A stretch of 61,350 nt of DNA, counting the filler, from Hausera hauseri (Eukaryota): assembly GCA_046269625.1 (NCBI GenBank). It is 7 parts of 7 records of this genome, joined end to end, with 100 filler letters (N's around TTAATTAATTAA, not from the genome) between each part and the next. Parts side by side here need not be neighbours in the genome. Positions count along the whole stretch, not along the records: positions 39,734 to 46,445 come from JBJURY010072661.1; positions 46,546 to 52,790 come from JBJURY010120651.1; 5 more parts are not named here. One strand, written 5' to 3'. Under the pieces are notes generated by a model that was given only the letters and a program-made list of their open reading frames with translations, had not been told where the DNA came from and ran no database searches. Of the stretch, positions 40,633 through 51,669 are shown in pieces. Every line of letters starts with the position of its first letter. The stretch's first letter is position 1. Position numbers and translations under genes: made by a program.

Positions 40633-41686
40633 TTATCTACGACGAAAATGCAGCATCAAATGTGTCTTGGCTCCGAACAGAAATTTAATGGGTTTTGAAA
40701 ATTCGTATGCTATATACACGGAAATACTGTGCACAACATTGTGAGATAACGATAAATACATGGGCAGGATGATATTTACGTAAGCAGTTTTGCCAGGTGT
40801 TTTGTACTTGTCCGAATCCAGTCCAATAGAAGCCAATAGTTGTTTACGGTCTCCGCCAACATATACGGGTTTGGTTAGATCAGTTAAAATATCGATTCAA
40901 TGAAATGCTTCATAGAGACGTGGTTTGTGTTTAGCAACAATCGGCCGTCCGCCGCCACTGGTTTAACCAAATTCTTGTTTCTTAAAACCCAGATTCTGTG
41001 CCAATAGTTCATCACAGGTAAAATATGTAACATTATTATGCAGTGTAAACAAAATACGACCATTACAGTTTAATTCATATGTCTTGAGATCCAATTTAGA
41101 TACAATCCTGATGGTTGACACAATTCTGTTTCCCTTTCCGTAAGAAAACCAATTCCTGTTGTATGAGAGTAAAAGAATGATTCAGTCTTTTGCCCGTTTA
41201 CTGTAATATCGGTGGTTTTCGCAGTGGAAAAATTCAATTTTTCACTAATTATACTCTGTCCACCGAGCTGTAGACCTTTCGAGCGTACATAGGCAGATGA
41301 TTGAAAACCCTATGCTTGAGCGTCGACTAGTGTTTGAAATAGCAATTCAATCGGATGTTTGTGTTTTAGAACCAATCGGTTGTTTAAATGAAGAATATAA
41401 ACCGGGAAATATTGACGTTGGTAATTGCGAACGTGAAATGTTCCATTAGAGTCTCTGACTAACTGCAAATGACTAGATACAGGAGATTGTCTTACTAGAG
41501 TATAGTATATTCCACTGTTATCACGCATTGTTATTGGTGAAAATGTAAACAAGAATTCCGCCAAAGCCACTTCCTGGCTCCCTGGCGTAAGTCGAGCGGC
41601 TGGTCCAACGCCATGGTAAACCGATCAGCCGTATTGTTGTTGTCATGTTCCTATAATCTGTTTCTATAAAATATCAAATAAGTGCT
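40633..41686 (-). pseudogene. Penton-like minor capsid protein 1
   Basis: NNTADRFTMALDQPLDL..EVALAEF; TDLTKPVYVGGDRKQLLASI; C-terminal HLMLHFRRR. Confidence 0.82.
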
Positions 41687-41688
41687 CG

Positions 41689-42700
41689 TCACTCAATCTG
41701 CGATGCAAATATCCAACTCGGTGTAGTGTATCCGTGCCACTTGACGAGATATTGTTTATTCCAACCTTTTCCACGTGAACGTAGAATTTCATGAATACAA
41801 TACACATCAGGTTTTTCCGGTAGTACTTGCAGTTCCTGTTCGTAGAATTTACCACGTATTTCCTCACCGTTTTCATCCTCTAAAACGTACATGACACGTG
41901 TTTGTTTTGTGTTAATTGCTGAAATGCGGAAAACCTCGTTGCTCCAGTTCTGATTGAAATTTTTAATGAATGGCGTCGTAATTATTTTCGAAATACGTAT
42001 GTAAGCACCGATTTTATATTTTTGGCGTTTAATTGCCTGTCGTTGTGTTCGGTTTTGATAAAGCCACGTGTCAAAATCATCGATTACGTCAATCGGCTGT
42101 AATCCATTGATGCCACGATGTGTCGAATGATTGTATGCATGAATAATATCCGGCAATACATATACCCAGCGTTTGTTGCCTTGCTTCGTAAAGAATTTGT
42201 TTAGGCGACCGCGCAATGTTCGATTAAATCGTTCACCGAGTGCAGCCTTGTATTGCGAAAACATCGAGAAGTGGTTTACACCGAACCGCCTCAAAACCTA
42301 TGCGACATTGGATTTGTAAAATTCTTTACCAAAATCCGTTTGTACATGTATCGGCGGCTGTTGTTCAATTAACCTTTGAACAGCGTCGGCAATCTCTACC
42401 GCATTTAGATTTCACAGCAATTGCACGTGCAAAACGACTAAACACATCAATACATATCAGCACATTGATGCTGGCGTACGGAATCATTTCCATTAGATCC
42501 ACTTGCCATACGTAATTTACACCGGCAGCACGGTATGCACGAATTGGAAACCACCTTCTTATCGGTTTGTTTAGGCTGTATGCTAACTGTTTCCCCAGCC
42601 AACATAGGGTCTGTTGCCGAGTCTGTTTGACAGTCTGCCAGTTTGTCGATGCCAGTATATCCGATTTGATGACGCGGATCGAACCACACGTCGCCCATCG
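41689..42700 (-). pseudogene. Polinton retroviral-like (rve) integrase with C-terminal chromodomain-like segment
   Basis: WFDP..IGYTGIDKL; WQVDLMEM; CIDVFSRF; QTDFGKEF; ERFNRTL; YNHSTH; QNWSNEVF; GKFYEQELQ; YLVKWHGY; frameshifted. Confidence 0.92.
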
Positions 42701-42842
42701 TTGTCGCTGATGATGTCGTTTTTGTTTGCATTGCAGCAAATAGAACGAAATGTTAATAAAAGATTCGGTAAAGTGGGATAAAATGGTGAAAACCATGCAC
42801 CCATATCGCTACATCATCATATACATACCGTCATTGTTTATA

Positions 42843-43166
42843 CTAAACTTTACCACCAATAAGTCCACCCAGTAATGACGTGACAATCGGTAGAATTGCA
42901 CAAAGGAATCGGCCATCTTGCTGATACATGACCTCTCGTTTCAATTGTTTACTACGAGCGTTGGCAAGACCAATGAGTCATTTTCGATACTTCAGTAAAT
43001 TCCGCTTTCCCGTACCAATATCAACGTGACCCATAACGATATTGTACAAAATTTCCATCAAATCGTCTACTACAAATTGCGAAAATGATCGTAGCATGTT
43101 TCTCTTATGTCTCGTAAGTGCCTTGAGCAAAGCAATAAAGTACGGCTGACTACGTTTGAATCGCAT
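42843..43166 (-). pseudogene. Small basic Polinton protein with amphipathic C-terminal peptide (one internal stop)
   Basis: Reading through TGA at 42978 gives LIGLANARSKQLKREVMYQQDGRFLCAILPIVTSLLGGLIGGKV*. Confidence 0.7.
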
Positions 43167-43399
43167 TTTTGGACGTATTGATGCTGAGACGTAGATGTTT
43201 ATAACCGTTGCAACTGTGACGGTTATTTGCGTCTAGTTGCTGCTGTTTTTGTTCGAAGCACAGAAATGATTAATCGTTTGACTGTAGCGGTTCATTTTGA
43301 TACACGTTTCTTGCAGGACACACGCTTGGTAGGTTTACGTTTAACAATTGCTTTTCGGAAATTCTTCATTTTATCACAATCATGTCGTCGATTTTCGAA

Positions 43400-43725
43400 T
43401 TTGTTTAATGAAAATAACCGTAAACAACGGTGTCGTGCAATCTTCGTGAACAGTTGTTGAAGTCCAATTGTTTCGCGACTTCCTGAAATAAATCGTCAAT
43501 GACAATAACATCATTTTTCAGTAATCGTTCAGACCAGTTCGCATCAAACTCATCTGCTACTGTCAGGCCGGACTCTCCATCATCACCACTGTCCTGATGC
43601 CAGTAAATGTGACTGAACAGCGGCGATTGGAATGTCATGGTAGGTCTGCAGCAATTTGCAAAGTGCGTTTTGCCGCTTCCACTGGGGCCTACAATTTGGA
43701 AAATAGCACTATTCTGCAGCTTCAT
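43400..43725 (-). pseudogene. FtsK/A32-like DNA packaging ATPase, truncated
   Basis: Walker A IVGPSGSGKT, Walker B VIVIDDL, then LFTKIARHR in a shifted frame. Confidence 0.85.
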
Positions 43726-43802
43726 TTCGTTGATGATGCATTTCTCATACATTTTGTTTATAATCACACACACAGATAGGTGCAGCACGAACAGTTTCAA
43801 TC

Positions 43803-44261
43803 ATGATAGTCAATATCAACTATCGCGGACGTTACTGAGTGTATTAATGCACTGCCGTTAAGTCAATGCAAGCCGAGTCAGTATGTCCACAAATGTCCGC
43901 CGGATATTACATGCATCATATTTCCATCGGGTGTGTCGTATTATGGTTTGTCACAAACCAATCTCAAATTGTAGACAACTACCATTCGGAATTATCATTG
44001 ACCAAATTCAATCAATAACGGTAGCGGCTCAATTAGATTGCTCACCACCACCACCATCAATTAATCTGCACAAATTAGCAATGGCTACAGAATGTATTTA
44101 TGAGCCCGAACTGTATCCTACACTGCAACTAACACTATTACTCCCGCTTTGTCTATATGTTTAGCAGTGGAAAAATTGTCGTATTGGGGATTCTGTCAAT
44201 CAACTATGAGACGACTATTAATCAAATTAAACATCACAAATGTTTTACTGAATCAAACTAA
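43803..44261 (+). pseudogene. TATA-binding-protein-like gene
   Basis: Stitched frames: MIVNINYRG...CIIFPSG-CRIMVC...INLHKLA...YEPELYP...VYMFSSGKIVVLG; matches TBP repeat signatures (IFxSGK; YEPExFP). Confidence 0.75.
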
Positions 44262-44658
44262 TATACTATGGCTAATGGACTACAAATATCATTCTCATTC
44301 GTTCGGACATTACTACGATGGAAAACGACGATAAAACGATAAAATGATTCTGCTCAACAATAATACATCTGACAATGACGAAAGCACAGATTGGTCATGG
44401 CTGTTTGGTGACAAGAATGTCAATGTCAACTGTCTTGAACCAAAACCTGTCAAATAATTAGTAAAACCGGTATTAAAATGGCAAGGGAGAATTATTGGCG
44501 GTAATCGCATGTCAGACGAAGAGAGCCGTAATACTCAATGGTGATGATGAGTTCCGATGTCACGAGTGCTTGGTTACAACAATTCTAATAACTGTTTGGA
44601 ACCAAAAATAGAACCTCTCGAATAATTAGAAAAGCATAAATTAAAATGACAAGCGTGA

Positions 44659-45099
44659 ATGACTAATGGAATACAGAAACGAAAATTAAAACCCACGAAT
44701 CAAACACGGACATTTTTACCGACACGACGTTTTCGAAAGTATGAAATGCATTATCTGCAATCGCCCGTACAGATTTCATTGAATGATCCGGTGTTGTTGA
44801 TCACACCCAAGTACAGTTATCGTGTAAAGCAGCTACTGAGTAAAAATGTTGCGAAACTTGGTGATTCTTTAACTCAATTAAATATGGACTTAAAGTTGAA
44901 CGAAACGGCCTTACAACGGCAATATGTCGTTTTACCGGCGCAGAAAATGAAACTGTTTGATTTTAGCGGTCGTGAAATGCCTAATGTACCCGATGATTTA
45001 AAGTGTCGACTCAACATTGAATTAGAGGGATACAAAGAAAAAGACGGTATCAAAAGCCCGATTTGGCGTTTATCCGAAGCACGTTTTGATTATCAATAA
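44659..45099 (+). CDS. Polinton-associated hypothetical protein (146 aa), homologous to 27572-28003
   Basis: Intact ORF; AATAAA overlaps stop; shared motifs with 27572 ORF. Confidence 0.7.
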   Translation: MTNGIQKRKLKPTNQTRTFLPTRRFRKYEMHYLQSPVQISLNDPVLLITPKYSYRVKQLLSKNVAKLGDSLTQLNMDLKLNETALQRQYVVLPAQKMKLFDFSGREMPNVPDDLKCRLNIELEGYKEKDGIKSPIWRLSEARFDYQ

Positions 45100-45152
45100 A
45101 TATTGTTGTTTTAATTTTCTTCTTCAACAATGAGTATAAATATACACGTGTA

Positions 45153-45638
45153 ATGGGCTTTTCATTAATAATGATAATGAATGATGTAAAGATTATTTTG
45201 ACGGATGAAAGTGCTACTGCACCGAGATGTGTTACGACAAGTGCGGGCTACGATGTGTTTTCCAATGTCAATACGACAATTCCGGATAGCACAATCAAAT
45301 GCATAACAACTGGGATTCGATTGGCGATTCTACTCGGTTACAACGGCCAACTTTTATTGAAAAGCGAACTAGCAAAGCTCGGACTGACGGTTATTGGCGG
45401 CGTCATTGATTCAGACTTTCGTGGTGAAATTAAGGTGTTGCTGGAAAACCAATCCGGGGAACCGTATGCTTTTTCGAAGGGCAGTGCAATCGCACAAATC
45501 GTTTTTCTTCGCTGTGAAGAGGCGGGATTCAGTGTAATGTCACCGAAACAATGGGGATTGTTTTGCGTTAATGAATTGACACGAAATGAACGCAAAGAAT
45601 TCGGCTTTGGTGATGCGGACAAAACCACCTATGTTTAA
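45153..45638 (+). CDS. dut: Trimeric dUTPase (true start likely 45171 or 45177)
   Basis: Motifs AGYD, (LKSEL), GVIDSDFRGEI, IAQIVF, R...GFG; TATAAATA at 45135. Confidence 0.9.
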   Translation: MGFSLIMIMNDVKIILTDESATAPRCVTTSAGYDVFSNVNTTIPDSTIKCITTGIRLAILLGYNGQLLLKSELAKLGLTVIGGVIDSDFRGEIKVLLENQSGEPYAFSKGSAIAQIVFLRCEEAGFSVMSPKQWGLFCVNELTRNERKEFGFGDADKTTYV

Positions 45639-45712
45639 TGATTGAGATGATATTAATAATAGTTAGTTGTTTTGTTTGTGTTATAAAAAAATGATTTTGT
45701 ACATGATAAGTA

Positions 45713-46206
45713 ATGGCGACAGGATTTAGAGATATTGAAGCTTTCCAAGATGATAATGCCCGGTACATAATAAAGAAATTATGCATTATGGTCGTCAGTA
45801 ACATTTTCAAACCGCTTGTGTACGTATTCAAGCCCTCCGTTATGTGGAATCAATTGACAGAAAAGGCAAAAATTACCAATGGATATCTTATGGACTTTAT
45901 GGACTTTATTGGAACGAAGACAGTTCAACGTTTTGCGTATCATGTATCATGCGAGGCATTTGTGATCGTTTTGACATTGAAAATACAATATTTTACATTA
46001 AAAACCAAATTGACGGACAAAAATTTACACAACTCCATTCACAGCTTCCCGCGTTGCGAATGACGACGTATTCAACAACAACATCGAACAGCTCGCTGGC
46101 GATGGTACTTAACAATATTATATGTCGATATCGTGATCATGGACCGAATTGTACTTACAGAAAATGTCTACGGCTTTTATTGACTATATTTCATGCTAAT
46201 AAATAA
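45713..46206 (+). pseudogene. Polinton accessory DnaQ/DEDD-like gene (copy 2, frameshifted)
   Basis: MATGFRDIEAF..YIIKKLCI; YGLYW; CRYRDHGPNCTYRKCLRL; DNA similar to 26830-27312. Confidence 0.6.
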
Positions 46207-46445
46207 ATAAATGTATTTCGCTGTTTCGTTTTTTGTTTCCGTAAATAAGGTACACCGTATTGGTTAGTTGAATAATTTAAAAACTATAAATACGGGTAGG
46301 AAATAATATTAAGTATCATCATCATGGGAATAGTTAATCAACTGAAGCAATTGCAAAATTTTGGTGCATTATCAATTTCAGACTTGGTACAATAGTGGCA
46401 AGTATTTGATAGTGAGCTGGTTGCGCGAGCGCCAGGTGATTTTGG

Positions 46446-46545
46446 NNNNNNNNNNNNNNNNNNNNNNNNNNNNNNNNNNNNNNNNNNNNTTAATTAATTA
46501 ANNNNNNNNNNNNNNNNNNNNNNNNNNNNNNNNNNNNNNNNNNNN
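46446..46545. other. Assembly gap/linker
   Basis: Same 100-nt spacer. Confidence 0.99.
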
Positions 46546-47110
46546 GTAGAACAATTTCGAGACGTCATGCGAAAGATCGAAAAACTTCGTGAAGTGGACA
46601 ACGAGGAAGGACTATATGCAGTAGAGTCGCGACCATATAAAGAGCGAGGTACAGAAAGGACACATCAGAGTAAGAATTTTGGACAGAGTCATGCACCGCT
46701 GTCTTACGCAAGTGTGGTCCAACAAAAAGCGCATAACGTATATGGTTGGAACAACAAACGAGCAACAAGATGACAGCCGGCTGAGAAACAGAAACCACAA
46801 ATCAGGTTCCAAAAACAGAATGCTGGCATTGCCACATAGAAGGACATATCAGAAGAGACTGCCCAATAATAAACAAAACAAAGGGCATAGGCAGACTTTG
46901 CTACGCATGCCACGAAGAAGGCCACATTCGGAAAGACAGCCCATATGTAAAATGCCTGCACTGCAGAAGGAACGGGCACCTGGGATCGCAGTGCTACCAG
47001 AGACGCCGTGAACAACGAGAATACACGACGAATGCGATCTATCGCGATGTGCAATACGATGAATATACCGACTTCTTCAGACCCACGAAAGAGTCGATCG
47101 TTAAACGATA
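46546..47110 (+). pseudogene. gag: gag C-terminus with three CCHC-type knuckles
   Basis: CWHCHIEGHIRRDC, CYACHEEGHIRKDS (last C lost), CLHCRRNGHLGSQC. Confidence 0.85.
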
Positions 47111-47212
47111 TCCACGGCCACTTAGTGTTTCGTCGTACGACTGTACATCCGATAATGAAACGAACCTATCGGGAAACGACCGTACTCCCCTGTCAAGAAA
47201 GACAGAGGGAGC

Positions 47213-48230
47213 ATGCTAAGTAACTCAGTTATTGAACCTTATCTACAAAGTGGGTTTTGGCAAATCCCAATGGCCGAAGAAGACCGATGGAAAACCGCAT
47301 TCAAGACTCACACCGGAGTCTACCAATTCACTCGTATGCCATTCAATTTAAAAACAACACCCATATTTTTCAAAAATTTATTCGCCTGGTGTTAAAGGGA
47401 GTACGAGGTTTATCATACATTGGTGACATTCTCATCGCATTCAAGACATGGTCTGAGTATTTAATAGAATTAAGAAAAGGGTTTGATCAAATTAGACTTG
47501 CGAAATTAAAGTTAAATCCGAAAAAAATGTGAATGCGCAAGAAGGATGTTAAATATCTAGGATTTGTTGTTTCAAACCAAGGAATTTCGACCAGTCCTGA
47601 TTTAATATCCCAAATATTAGAATATCGCCACCAATAAATGTGCACGAAATGAAGACTTGGTTAGGTCTGGGAGAATTTTATCCCACGTTTATACCTGACT
47701 TTGCAGAAATTAACCAGCCTTAATATAAGCTCCTAAGAAAGGATCAAAAATGGGAATGGACAGAAGAGAATCAAAACGCATTTGACGAGATTAAAAAAGG
47801 AATGGTATCAGCACCTATATAGAGATACCCAGATTTTTCATTACCATTCATTCTGAAAACCGATGTTAGCATAAAAGCTATTAGTTATATATTAGCCCAG
47901 CAAAATCCAGAAGAAACAACTGAGCACGTAATCGCCTACAGAGGACGTAGCTTAAATAATGCACAACGAAAATACTCAACCACTGAATTGGAGTTACTTG
48001 CCATTCGAGATGGATTGCGACATTACGAGTATTACGTTTATGGTCATAAAATCATGATATTTACTGATCATAAAACACTCTTATCTCTACGCTCCGACAA
48101 TAGACGTGTATCAAGTCGAATCCAAAGGTGGAAGTTGGAACTTTTGAATTATGATTTTGAATATCGATACCGTCCTTGAAAAGAAAACATAGACGCCTAT
48201 GCACTTTCGAGAATGCCTTACAAAAAATAG
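47213..48230 (+). pseudogene. RT and RNase H (protease and part of RT N-terminus deleted)
   Basis: MLSNSVIEP fused directly to LQSGFWQI; RMPFNL; YIGDILI; KYLGF; KTDVS; YSTTELELLAI; FTDHK. Confidence 0.9.
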
Positions 48231-48499
48231 TAGCTGCAGTTTATAAACCATTAGATAATGAGAAGGATAAACAACTGAATGAAAAAATTATTAATGATAT
48301 GTTGCAAGAAAAACGTCAAATCCAAGTACGAAATATCGAGACCTTACAAAACCAAGATCCCTTTATTTTTCTAATCAAACAATTAATCAACGGACAATTA
48401 CTTGACTCAATATCAAGTCACATTCAAAAGTTTTATGAAAAAAAAAACAAGAAAATATTGAAATCGAAAATGGCATTTTACGACTAAGAGTCGGAGAAA

Positions 48500-49570
48500 G
48501 AAAATTGATCCTTGTACCACATCAGCCATTAAGGCTGTCATGCTACAAAACACGATTAACACCTGGCTGGACATCCATCTTTAAACAAGACTTTGAAGCG
48601 TATAACCTCAAAATATTACTGGCCTCAAATGAATAAACACATCGATGGATGGGTACGTTCATGTAAAATATGTGCTACAAGAAAAGATAGAGGATTTCGT
48701 GCAAAACCGTTTTAGGAAGCTTACCCGAAGCACGGAAACCAATGGAATTGTGCTCAATGGATATCTCCGGACCCCTCCCAACTTCAGACTAAGGATACAA
48801 ATATATACTTTCATTTGTTGACTACTTTTCTCGTTTTATTGTGTTGGTACCATTAAAAAACATGACAAGTAGTACAGATGCTAAAGCCTTTTTTATGAAA
48901 TTCTTACTGTAGTAGGCACCACGAAACAGTTGTTAACTGACCATGCACCATACTTCATTAGAGACTTCTTCGAAAAGTTGTCAAAAATATTCTAGTGCAA
49001 ACATTTGTTAACGACATCATATCATCCACAATGTAATGTTATGATCGAAATAATGAATCGTACCATTCAGGGCATCCTTTCTACAAAGGTAGCAAATGAT
49101 CAAAAGGATTGACATAACCATTTGAAAACTACGGCCTTTTCAATTATTACCACGCCCACCAAGAGTATCAATAATTCACTTTTTGAGTTAATGTTCAGAC
49201 GATTACCTTTACTACCATTAGATACGAAATTACTACCATCATTCTTGTTAACCAGTGACCACATGGATGATCAATACCAGATTTTGTTAAAACGACTCGA
49301 CTATTTTTAATGAGAAGCAAAACAGTGTGAAGAAAAATACAAAGCCGGATATAAGAAACAATTTAACAAAAAGGCACGACCACATATTTTTAAGATTGGA
49401 GAGTATATAATGGTTCACTACCCTGCGATGAAGAAAGGCAAATAGTTAAAATTAACACGCACAGGTCAAGGACCGTACAAAATTGTTGATGTGAGCCCAC
49501 AAATACTTTTTATTCAGAAAGGACTTGATAAATATGAAACTGTATCTGTTCAACGAGTAACCCGAGCACC
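48500..49570 (+). pseudogene. Gypsy integrase with GPY/F module
   Basis: AGHP, YYWPQM, CKIC, SMDISGPLP, VDYFSRF, LTDH, YHPQCN..IE, GPYKI. Confidence 0.9.
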
Positions 49571-49591
49571 TACATCATATAACGACTTCAT

Positions 49592-51182
49592 ATGCGAAGC
49601 AGAGCTAGAATCACCAAAGATAGAGAGTTCAAAGTAGCAGCAATGTGCAAAATTCACTCGATGAATACCTCAGAACATTACCATGTTTACTTCATCCTGA
49701 GACGATACTTGGCTATCTTTTTCCTCATTTTTCTAGCATTCGTAATACCTATTACGGCTACAAATACCCATACATCAACTATATCACTTACTCAATTGAT
49801 TGAACGCGTTACTATTATCAATATTGAAACACATAAACCTAGTATTTGCCTTAGAACTCACTTGTCTGTAATAATGCGCCATAAAGTTTATTTTGTCTTT
49901 ACATCACAGTATAATCTCTCCATAGTTTGCACAATTCTTGAAACACGTATTAAAACCTGCTGTTTAGTCAATTACGTAATGACTATACACACTAAGTAAT
50001 ATTGAAGGCAAACAGTGCCAACATCACCATGTGGAAACCAAATATAATTCTACACATCCCTGCTTATAATGAGATGAACATATTGAAAACTTCTGATGTC
50101 TTTTTGCGTAATCCTTTTATTGTCCGATTTCTAGAACACAATATTGAAATTTCTAGTATCGATATCACAACACAACCTCCCTGTATATATTTTCGCACCA
50201 CACATTTATTACCCTACAAATTCGAAATCAGCATATGGCTCGAGCCAATCCCTACTCCCATAACACAACCTCATTATTGTTACCTTAAGAGAAATAACAC
50301 TCGTTCATGTTGTACACCCTATCCGTACATATGGTACCGAATTCGTTTAGATGCATACCAAACGCGAGAAAATAGACAATCAATTAGAGTGTATTGTCAC
50401 CGCATTCCTATTTTATTTTCAGTTAAACCAAACATACTCATTCTAGCTTTTGCCAAACAGCACTTTACGTCTCCGCAATCTGTGAAACAGATGATAACAC
50501 CGAGATTAAGGATCACACCCACGGTTAAAGGTAGGGGAGATCAAAATCAAAGTCCCACATTAAAACCACAATTTCAGCTCAAACTACAAAACCAGATTAA
50601 AATACAAGTTCAACGGCCATATACACTGAAACAGAAATTGCATAAACATATATTTTATGGAAAATGGATGAACGAATTTCCTATCAAATTCAAATTAACG
50701 CCCTATATGGACCGCATTGAGATAATATTTCAAAATATAATAAATGAACGAAACGTTGTGGTAACATGTACCGGTTCTCATGAAAGGTTACTATCAAATA
50801 CGAGGCAAATAAAAGAAACTTTTGTGAAAAACTAACGCCAGATACCAATTATTTGGTGAGTATAGGGATCTTAGATAACTCAAAAATTGTGGCTATAAAA
50901 AGACAACCAGCAGTAAATCATTATCGCCACATAAGGTATAATGACGACGACGAAAAATGGAAATTAACTGCTGCTTCGACAAGAACTACCGAAACATATA
51001 TTCTACAATTTTGGTGGATATTCGTATTAATAGCAGGTGCCGGTATAATTATTATGATGTCTATTGCATTGGGCAATAAACCTAGGTGTAAAAAGAAAAT
51101 ACATTACGAATCACACTACTCTATAATTAGAGGCAATCAACCTTGCCTACAATTGAGTAAAATTGAGGAACAAGAGAAATAG
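49592..51182 (+). pseudogene. Putative env-like type I membrane glycoprotein split into three ORFs (49592-49999, 50002-50835, 50853-51182)
   Basis: N-terminal hydrophobic segment YLAIFFLIFLAFVIPITA; sequons NLS/NIT/NNT/NQS; Cys residues; C-terminal TM FWWIFVLIAGAGIIIMMSIALG followed by KPRCKKK; located directly after integrase. Confidence 0.55.
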
Positions 51183-51321
51183 AAAACGTACAGTTGCAAA
51201 CACGATAACAAGTAGTGAAGAGAATATTAATGAAACGACACGTACTACGTTTTGTCTTGTGCCTATCTTGATCTTTAGACTAGTTAATAAAGAATTTTGT
51301 AGCTAACTCAAAGAGAATCTG

Positions 51322-51576
51322 ATGAATTACATACTCGTGTCAAGCATAATGCTCGGACCAATTATGTTCGTTTATACAGTTTATAAATTAATAGCCAATG
51401 AGATGATAATCAAAAATCTTGGAAATTTGATTAGTTGGCTTATCACATTAGACTTAAAAGAACATAAATACGATGTGCAACATCAACAAGACGAAAAAAA
51501 ACATGGAAAAAAATTTTGTGGTCAAGCTCCACAATTCGGAAGCACCCAAACAACAAACTTAGCTTCAAAAGTTTAA
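51322..51576 (+). CDS. Small ORF with N-terminal hydrophobic helix (possibly N-terminus of the next ORF)
   Basis: MNYILVSSIMLGPIMFVYTVYKLI. Confidence 0.35.
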   Translation: MNYILVSSIMLGPIMFVYTVYKLIANEMIIKNLGNLISWLITLDLKEHKYDVQHQQDEKKHGKKFCGQAPQFGSTQTTNLASKV

Positions 51577-51669
51577 AGAATAGATGGTTTCAAGCGACCA
51601 AATGCGGTTACAACAAAAGATGAGTGGGAGGATAACGGAATACAGAAACTTAGTACAGCCAGAAAGAAT

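Larger units (their letters stand above)
39734..46445. mobile_element. Decayed Polinton/Maverick (adintovirus-like) fragment B
   Basis: Tight cluster of penton-like x2, integrase, small amphipathic protein, ATPase (minus) and TBP-like, orphan, dUTPase, DnaQ-like (plus). Confidence 0.93.
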
